Sequence record: NC_016571.1
Length of the DNA: 64,000 bases
Direction: 5' to 3' (one strand)
The position numbers and the translations under genes were made by a program. Below the pieces are notes generated by a model. It saw only the letters and a program-made list of their open reading frames with translations. It searched no databases and was not told the DNA's origin. Shown here piece after piece: positions 59,003 through 64,000 of this stretch. Numbering within the stretch: the stretch's first letter is position 1; every line of letters begins with the position of its first letter.

Positions 59003-59581
59003 ATGAGTCGTATTTGGAACATCGTAATAGGTCTGAGCTTTTTAGCAGCTGCTTTAATCGTGGGAATGAACCCTTCCCATGCTGCTACCCCACCAGTAGG
59101 TTGGCATCTGGCAGACCCGGAAGTAAAAGAACTTTCTCATCTGAAGATCATCTCTAACCGAGGTGATCTCGGCGGTGAATTATCATTGATCTGTAATAAA
59201 GATACCAAGAAGATATCACTCACCTATAGCTTCGACGGTAAGCAATATGACTTTTATATTGTTCGTAACTTCGGTGACAGTAATCCAACAGCTGAAGGAA
59301 AGCTGCTGGTCGGTGCGGGCGATGCTTCTCAAGGTGATGTATTCTGGCATCTGATGAGGAATGATCAAGGTTTCTCTATCGATCGTTTCCCAGTAGGGAC
59401 TAAGAAGATTTGGGATGACTCTGTAGCCAAAGCTGTTAAGAGTAATGGCGATGTCACTCCTCCTGATATCAAACAGGAAGGTGAAGAGTTCTTTATCTCT
59501 GGCCCTAAAACCAATACGTTGTTAAATCATGTGGGTGCTTACTGCCCACTTGTTCCAGGCGATAATGCTCCTGTACTTTAG
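59003..59581 (+). CDS. exported two-cysteine protein 1
   Basis: Signal peptide ending SHA; LSLIC and AYCP; ATG59003 after AAGGA. Confidence 0.8.
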   Translation: MSRIWNIVIGLSFLAAALIVGMNPSHAATPPVGWHLADPEVKELSHLKIISNRGDLGGELSLICNKDTKKISLTYSFDGKQYDFYIVRNFGDSNPTAEGKLLVGAGDASQGDVFWHLMRNDQGFSIDRFPVGTKKIWDDSVAKAVKSNGDVTPPDIKQEGEEFFISGPKTNTLLNHVGAYCPLVPGDNAPVL

Positions 59582-59600
59582 TTGAAAAAGTTTACAGGAA

Positions 59601-59615
59601 TATATAATCAAATTG
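59601..59615 (+). promoter_or_regulatory. promoter motif variant
   Basis: TATATAAT-CAAAT-TG. Confidence 0.5.
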
Positions 59616-59679
59616 ACTATAAGCCTTGCGGCCTTTGTTTATTTTCAGCCCTGGTTTATCCGATATCATTGAGGTAGTT

Positions 59680-60318
59680 ATGAAGAAGATTAATTTAGTA
59701 TGGGCAGCTGCGGCAGCTCTTTTGGTTATCGCATTCCTGTACACTACTGAAGGTAAGGCAGCGTCCTACGACGTTAAAGAGAATGTGGCGGTAGTTGCAG
59801 CAGAACGTGCTGACCGTGTCGGTATTCAGGCTGACAAAGTAATGAATGGTATTACCGATGTTACCATCACTCAAAGTAAAGACGGTAATGTTCAAAAGTT
59901 CATCCTCCAGTGTGATGCGACAACTAAGTCGATCAATATGTTCTATTACCTGAACGACACGCTGGGGACTAAGGCTAAAAGCGCTACCAACTTCCGTGTT
60001 ACTGTTTACGGTAACGGGGATGAAGGATTTATCAAAGGTGGTGACGTTACTGTATTCGATGGACAACTAACTACGGATAACCTCCGTAAAGGTCTTGAGA
60101 AACTTAATGCCTTAGGCGGTGCTGGATTTATTAACTTCGAAATCGTGGAAGCTCATGACGGTATCGATAATCCAATCGCTTACTCTTATCTGATTCCTTC
60201 TTCTTATGGACAACGTATCCTCCAAGCTGTTGATGGGGTGCAAGGTTCCGAAGGTTGTGATATTGACGGTGGGTTCGTTTCGATGTACTCACTGAAATCT
60301 CTGAAAGACTCAATCTAA
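59680..60318 (+). CDS. exported two-cysteine protein 2
   Basis: Signal peptide ending GKA; FILQC and EGCD; ATG59680 after GAGG. Confidence 0.8.
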   Translation: MKKINLVWAAAAALLVIAFLYTTEGKAASYDVKENVAVVAAERADRVGIQADKVMNGITDVTITQSKDGNVQKFILQCDATTKSINMFYYLNDTLGTKAKSATNFRVTVYGNGDEGFIKGGDVTVFDGQLTTDNLRKGLEKLNALGGAGFINFEIVEAHDGIDNPIAYSYLIPSSYGQRILQAVDGVQGSEGCDIDGGFVSMYSLKSLKDSI

Positions 60319-60321
60319 ACT

Positions 60322-60351
60322 AACTCCTACTCCTTAACGGGAGTAGGAGTT
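60322..60351 (+). terminator. hairpin (CCTAC family)
   Basis: AACTCCTACTCC-TTAACG-GGAGTAGGAGTT. Confidence 0.7.
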
Positions 60352-60380
60352 ATTCATTTGTTTATTATAGGAAAAGTACC

Positions 60381-60866
60381 ATGAAACTTATCAAAGTCGT
60401 ATTTGCATTCATCGCTCTGTCCATGTTCAGTTCAACTGCCCTGGCTCAGTATAAAGAAGAACCAATCGTATTCTTCTTTGCTAATTGGAATTCCGATCAG
60501 CGCGTGGCCGCCTCTATTGAGTGCGTGAATCCAAATGCCCCTCAGGGCTTCAAAGTTACAATTGCTGATAGTAAGAAAGTAGTCCATCCGGAATACAAAC
60601 TTTACTTCGGCGTAAACAATGGTAAACAGTTCCCTGACCGTTGGGAGCCTATTGAAAACTATTCTCCATCGATCCAGACATTCATGCTGGCAATGGTGCA
60701 AAACCGCGATCTGTTCATTGACCGTAATAACCGTGATGCTGGTATGCGTTGGGGTATTGGGCGTAATGCAGCAGAAGCCAAACAGTACGCTGTTAACATG
60801 AAAGCTCGTCCTATTCTACAGGACTTCCGTAATGCGGTGGTTCTTCATTCTTGTCGTGCGCAGTAA
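60381..60866 (+). CDS. exported two-cysteine protein 3
   Basis: Signal peptide ending ALA; ASIEC and HSCR. Confidence 0.8.
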   Translation: MKLIKVVFAFIALSMFSSTALAQYKEEPIVFFFANWNSDQRVAASIECVNPNAPQGFKVTIADSKKVVHPEYKLYFGVNNGKQFPDRWEPIENYSPSIQTFMLAMVQNRDLFIDRNNRDAGMRWGIGRNAAEAKQYAVNMKARPILQDFRNAVVLHSCRAQ

Positions 60867-60875
60867 GGATTCAAT

Positions 60876-61469
60876 ATGAAAAACTTCTTTAAAGACTGGG
60901 GCTCCATTCTGGGGATCAACTTCGGATACCTGGCTATCTTGATCATCGGGCTTTCATCCATTAATTCTGCTTTCGCTAAAACTCCATTAGTCGTTGAAGC
61001 AATGGACAAGCAAACCTTCAGCATGGTTGGGATCAAAGAAGTCAAACCAGAAGGTGAGCTGGGGATTATCTTTGTCTGTCATAAAGATGAAGATGAAGCA
61101 ACTGTGGTTATTCAACAACCTGTGATTGATAATGAAGTTCCAGTGATCACCGGTTTCACTTTTGTTAAATATGATCAGAGTGGTAGTGAGTCAGTTATCG
61201 TACCTTACTCCACTGTGGTTAAGGGTATCTGGAACATCCGTACAGCTATCCGAGTTATGCGCGATCCTTCCTATTCTGGAACTTATGCTATTCGTTTCCA
61301 TAAAGCGGATGGTGGGTATGTTGAAACCCGTAAGTTCTACGATAGTGAACTCAAACGACTCTGGGGTGATCGCAAGTTAAAAGGCTGTGATACCTCGCAT
61401 GTCAAAGAAGCCAGCTCCTGGGAACATGTGGGTGAAGTAGACTATAACGTCTATAAGAAATACCAGTAA
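60876..61469 (+). CDS. exported two-cysteine protein 4
   Basis: Signal peptide ending AFA; IIFVC and KGCD. Confidence 0.8.
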   Translation: MKNFFKDWGSILGINFGYLAILIIGLSSINSAFAKTPLVVEAMDKQTFSMVGIKEVKPEGELGIIFVCHKDEDEATVVIQQPVIDNEVPVITGFTFVKYDQSGSESVIVPYSTVVKGIWNIRTAIRVMRDPSYSGTYAIRFHKADGGYVETRKFYDSELKRLWGDRKLKGCDTSHVKEASSWEHVGEVDYNVYKKYQ

Positions 61470-61515
61470 CTTATTTGTTTCATCTAAACTAATTCAAATA
61501 TAGAGAGATATTAAA

Positions 61516-62223
61516 ATGCGTAACATAATTAAAATGATTTCTGCGTTGGTACTGACGTTGTTCCTGGTGGGTTGCGATTCTGAACCTAAGTTTGACACCG
61601 ACCACACCAAAACTCCTAACACTGCTATCACTAAGGCAGTGGAGACTTCTCGTGGTGAAGTGTTACACGAAGCTATTTACGCTACTCGCGTTACTGGTAA
61701 GTCGGCTGTATTGGGTGAGGGTCTATACACTTACGGGTTTGTTATCGAATCACAATCCCGTCAGCCTGTGATGGTTAGCCTTACCTGCTCAGTTGATCTG
61801 GATGGGTCAGCAATGGCACACACCATTTTGGATAACGAGGGTAATCCTATTCGTGGTGATCAGACCATCAGTATCATGAAGTATCGCAAAGATATTAAAG
61901 ATATCCGTGAGATGGATGAGTCATCTAAACCTCTCTTCTCATTGGCTAACGGTGATACTGATATTATTACCCCTCTGACCAAGATCAAAGACTTGGACCC
62001 TGAGACGCCAATTGCATTCACTGTCGAGAAAGAACAGTCTGATGGTTATTCGTATAGTGTTGGTTGGAGCCCATTAATTCGTGCGGGTGATTTGGCTAAA
62101 GAAGTTGCCAAACTTCCACTGAAATATTGCGCAACTCTGTATATCGCAGCAGGCGAAGAAGACGTGGTTACTGGTTATACCAATAAGGAAATCGTTGGTC
62201 TGGCTAAAGCAGCGCAACAATAA
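61516..62223 (+). CDS. lipoprotein, two-cysteine protein 5
   Basis: Lipobox LFLVGC-D; VSLTC and KYCA. Confidence 0.8.
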   Translation: MRNIIKMISALVLTLFLVGCDSEPKFDTDHTKTPNTAITKAVETSRGEVLHEAIYATRVTGKSAVLGEGLYTYGFVIESQSRQPVMVSLTCSVDLDGSAMAHTILDNEGNPIRGDQTISIMKYRKDIKDIREMDESSKPLFSLANGDTDIITPLTKIKDLDPETPIAFTVEKEQSDGYSYSVGWSPLIRAGDLAKEVAKLPLKYCATLYIAAGEEDVVTGYTNKEIVGLAKAAQQ

Positions 62224-62231
62224 TGTGATAA

Positions 62232-62285
62232 GGTAAGGGAGCTGCGGCTCTCTTACCAAGTCGCCCCACCTATCTTTTATTTTTC
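62232..62285 (+). terminator. hairpin with displaced T-tract
   Basis: GGTAAGGGAGC-TGCG-GCTCTCTTACC, then TTTTATTTTT about 18 nt later. Confidence 0.65.
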
Positions 62286-62308
62286 ACCTGCATATAAATA
62301 CTCAAGCA

Positions 62309-62323
62309 GATATTATTATGTTG
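62309..62323 (+). promoter_or_regulatory. putative phage early promoter
   Basis: GATATTAT-TATGT-TG. Confidence 0.65.
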
Positions 62324-62360
62324 ATATCTGTAAATTAATTTAACTTGAAGGAAAGTATAG

Positions 62361-63062
62361 ATGGAAAATGTTATCACCGAGGATGAAGCCAAGGTCTTAG
62401 CAGATGCTGATTGGCAGAAACTGTTCAATTACAAAATGCAAAAAGATTTACTCCGTTGGTGCATATATTCCATTTCCCTCAATGACGTTGCTCATAACTT
62501 AGGGCACGTTCGTGATGTGTGCGAACTGGGTCGGCACATCTGCCATGAAATGGGACTGGATGAACGCACCACCTTGCTTGTTTATCTTGGATGTCTATTA
62601 CACGACATCGGGTGTCGCTATGAACGTAAGCATCATCATTTGATAGGATATGGACTCAGTTACGATCTCATCAATCGGTACTGGCCGGGTGAGTTCACTG
62701 ATGAAGAACTATTGACTGTCGCTACCGCGATACTGGAACATCGTAGCTCTAATCCCAATAAACCCACCAACCTGGTCAGTGAAATTGTTTCTGTTGCGGA
62801 CAGTGGCGCGCCTAACTTTAATAAGTATATTCGCCGGGCAGTTCAGTTTCGCTTAAAGACTCATATGGATCCGGAACTCCTTGTTGAAGATGTCTACAAA
62901 CATCTGCTGGAAAAATTTGGAGTAGAAGGTTATCACTGGGTAAGTTATCCAGATATTGGGATGGAGTTCTTTAAGCTTGAATGGGCAGAGTTCTCCACTA
63001 AGCTTTACGATGAATCTCTTACCCTTGGAAAGATCAAGGAAACCTACGAAGAGTTACGTTAG
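62361..63062 (+). CDS. HD-domain metal-dependent phosphohydrolase
   Basis: AHNLGHVRDV, LLHDIG, HH, ILEH and VADS metal-ligand pattern. Confidence 0.85.
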   Translation: MENVITEDEAKVLADADWQKLFNYKMQKDLLRWCIYSISLNDVAHNLGHVRDVCELGRHICHEMGLDERTTLLVYLGCLLHDIGCRYERKHHHLIGYGLSYDLINRYWPGEFTDEELLTVATAILEHRSSNPNKPTNLVSEIVSVADSGAPNFNKYIRRAVQFRLKTHMDPELLVEDVYKHLLEKFGVEGYHWVSYPDIGMEFFKLEWAEFSTKLYDESLTLGKIKETYEELR

Positions 63063-63070
63063 GAGGTGCT

Positions 63071-63532
63071 GTGAGCAATCACTCAGCTGATTTTATTCTG
63101 CTGGGAGGGATAGTACTAATCGTTGTTGCTATCGGCTCAACACTAGCATGGTGGATGATACATGACCAACCAGTAGGAAGCCAGCGGTTTAGCTGGCATC
63201 AACTCACTAAGAATAATTTCAATGTGACGTTGATAGACGAGTTGGGAAAAACATGGATCATGGATATTCATTATAATAACAACATCGAAGCTCCCAGTTG
63301 CACGATGAAAGGGGACCGAGGTTTAAGGATACAACTTCCTGTTGGATATTCTCGAAGCGAGTTTATTATATTCGCGAAAGAGATATCTGGAATAGCTGAT
63401 TGCTTTGCTCTGTTAGTCAAGGGCGTGGTCAGTGAAAAGGAGTTACACAAATTAAACTTCGGTCATGACGATATTGCCACTTATAGAGACTTCAAACGTC
63501 ATCTATTATTGAAAGCATTAAAACGAGTATGA
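63071..63532 (+). CDS. N-terminally anchored membrane protein
   Basis: GTG start after AGGAGG; TM FILLGGIVLIVVAIG. Confidence 0.7.
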   Translation: MSNHSADFILLGGIVLIVVAIGSTLAWWMIHDQPVGSQRFSWHQLTKNNFNVTLIDELGKTWIMDIHYNNNIEAPSCTMKGDRGLRIQLPVGYSRSEFIIFAKEISGIADCFALLVKGVVSEKELHKLNFGHDDIATYRDFKRHLLLKALKRV

Positions 63533-63936
63533 ATGTAATTCTATTTGGTGGACTTTTCATAATGGCTGTTCTGATTGGTACAGTCATCATGGGAACTTAT
63601 AAGCGAACTGTAAAGTGCAAGACTCGTGGGCATGAGTTCACAATCACTTATAAGGACCGAACTCTTTATATCACCGCATCACGTGAAAAGAGAATTCCTT
63701 CGTATAAACGAGTGGGTTCTTTTGAGTTCATCACTATCCCTGTGGGTAGAGGTCATGAAGGGATCACTCAAATAGAGAACTTCATGCAACGGTATCGAAC
63801 TTCTATATTAGCTAAGGGGTTATTTAACTTCTCAGCTAAGAGACACCCAATAAAGTTGTTTCAGTTTGATCCCGAATATGCCAGAGAGTTAGTGGAAATA
63901 CAACATAAGCTTCACTGCTTTTGCAAAATGAAATAA
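63529..63936 (+). CDS. N-terminally anchored membrane protein, likely paralog of 63071
   Basis: TM VILFGGLFIMAVLIG; ITIPVG vs IQLPVG. Confidence 0.7.
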   Translation: MNVILFGGLFIMAVLIGTVIMGTYKRTVKCKTRGHEFTITYKDRTLYITASREKRIPSYKRVGSFEFITIPVGRGHEGITQIENFMQRYRTSILAKGLFNFSAKRHPIKLFQFDPEYARELVEIQHKLHCFCKMK

Positions 63937-63946
63937 ACAACATAAA

Positions 63947-63999
63947 CTCCTACTCACCCATCTGGGTGAGTAGGAGAATCAACTTATGTTAATTTTTTT
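63947..63999 (+). terminator. hairpin (CCTAC family) plus T-tract
   Basis: CTCCTACTCACCCA-TC-TGGGTGAGTAGGAG, then TTATGTTAATTTTTTT. Confidence 0.75.
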
Positions 64000-64000
64000 A

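Noticed and set aside
110-62259. Numerous antisense and alternate-frame ORFs in the track (e.g. 5144-, 8116-, 19261-, 28818+, 45223-)
   Set aside because: They lie within well-supported genes, lack an RBS or motifs, and are the expected shadow of strong codon bias
1-64000. CRISPR array, tRNA or rRNA
   Set aside because: No regularly spaced repeats or cloverleaf/rRNA signatures seen; the repeated hairpins are dispersed single copies. tRNAscan was not run

Overview
This window is 64 kb of a phiKZ/EL-related jumbo myophage genome. From memory, the 328-aa GH19 endolysin (43280) and the stand-alone GroEL-like chaperonin (4436) look like gp279 and gp246 of Pseudomonas fluorescens phage OBP, so this is probably the right-hand end of OBP or a very close relative; a BLASTn search would settle this. 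There are three blocks. (1) 1-11.7 kb, plus strand: accessory, nucleotide-metabolism and proteostasis genes (HAD nucleotidase, GNAT, DHFR, ClpP-like, chaperonin, thymidine kinase). (2) 11.8-47.6 kb, mixed strands: core genes (RNase H-like, SNF2-like helicase, UvsX, four putative virion RNA polymerase subunits, head and baseplate proteins, a 2432-aa tail protein with a GH19 domain, the endolysin and the prohead protease). (3) 47.7-64 kb, plus strand: accessory genes rich in small paralog families. A promoter-like motif ([GT]ATATTA[TC]-N5-TG) occurs ten times, and many stem-loops lie between genes. I saw no tRNA, rRNA, CRISPR array, intron or intein. The most notable observations are: a five-gene run of exported proteins, each with exactly two mature-region cysteines, behind a palindrome-wrapped promoter; a catalytically degenerate copy of the prohead-protease fold; a -1 frame continuation of the 8158 gene; a paralog pair in which one copy is fused to an XRE HTH; a degenerate RNase H fold; and a recurring G-X-E maturation motif. 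All homology calls are by eye from motifs and recalled gene order; no searches were run.
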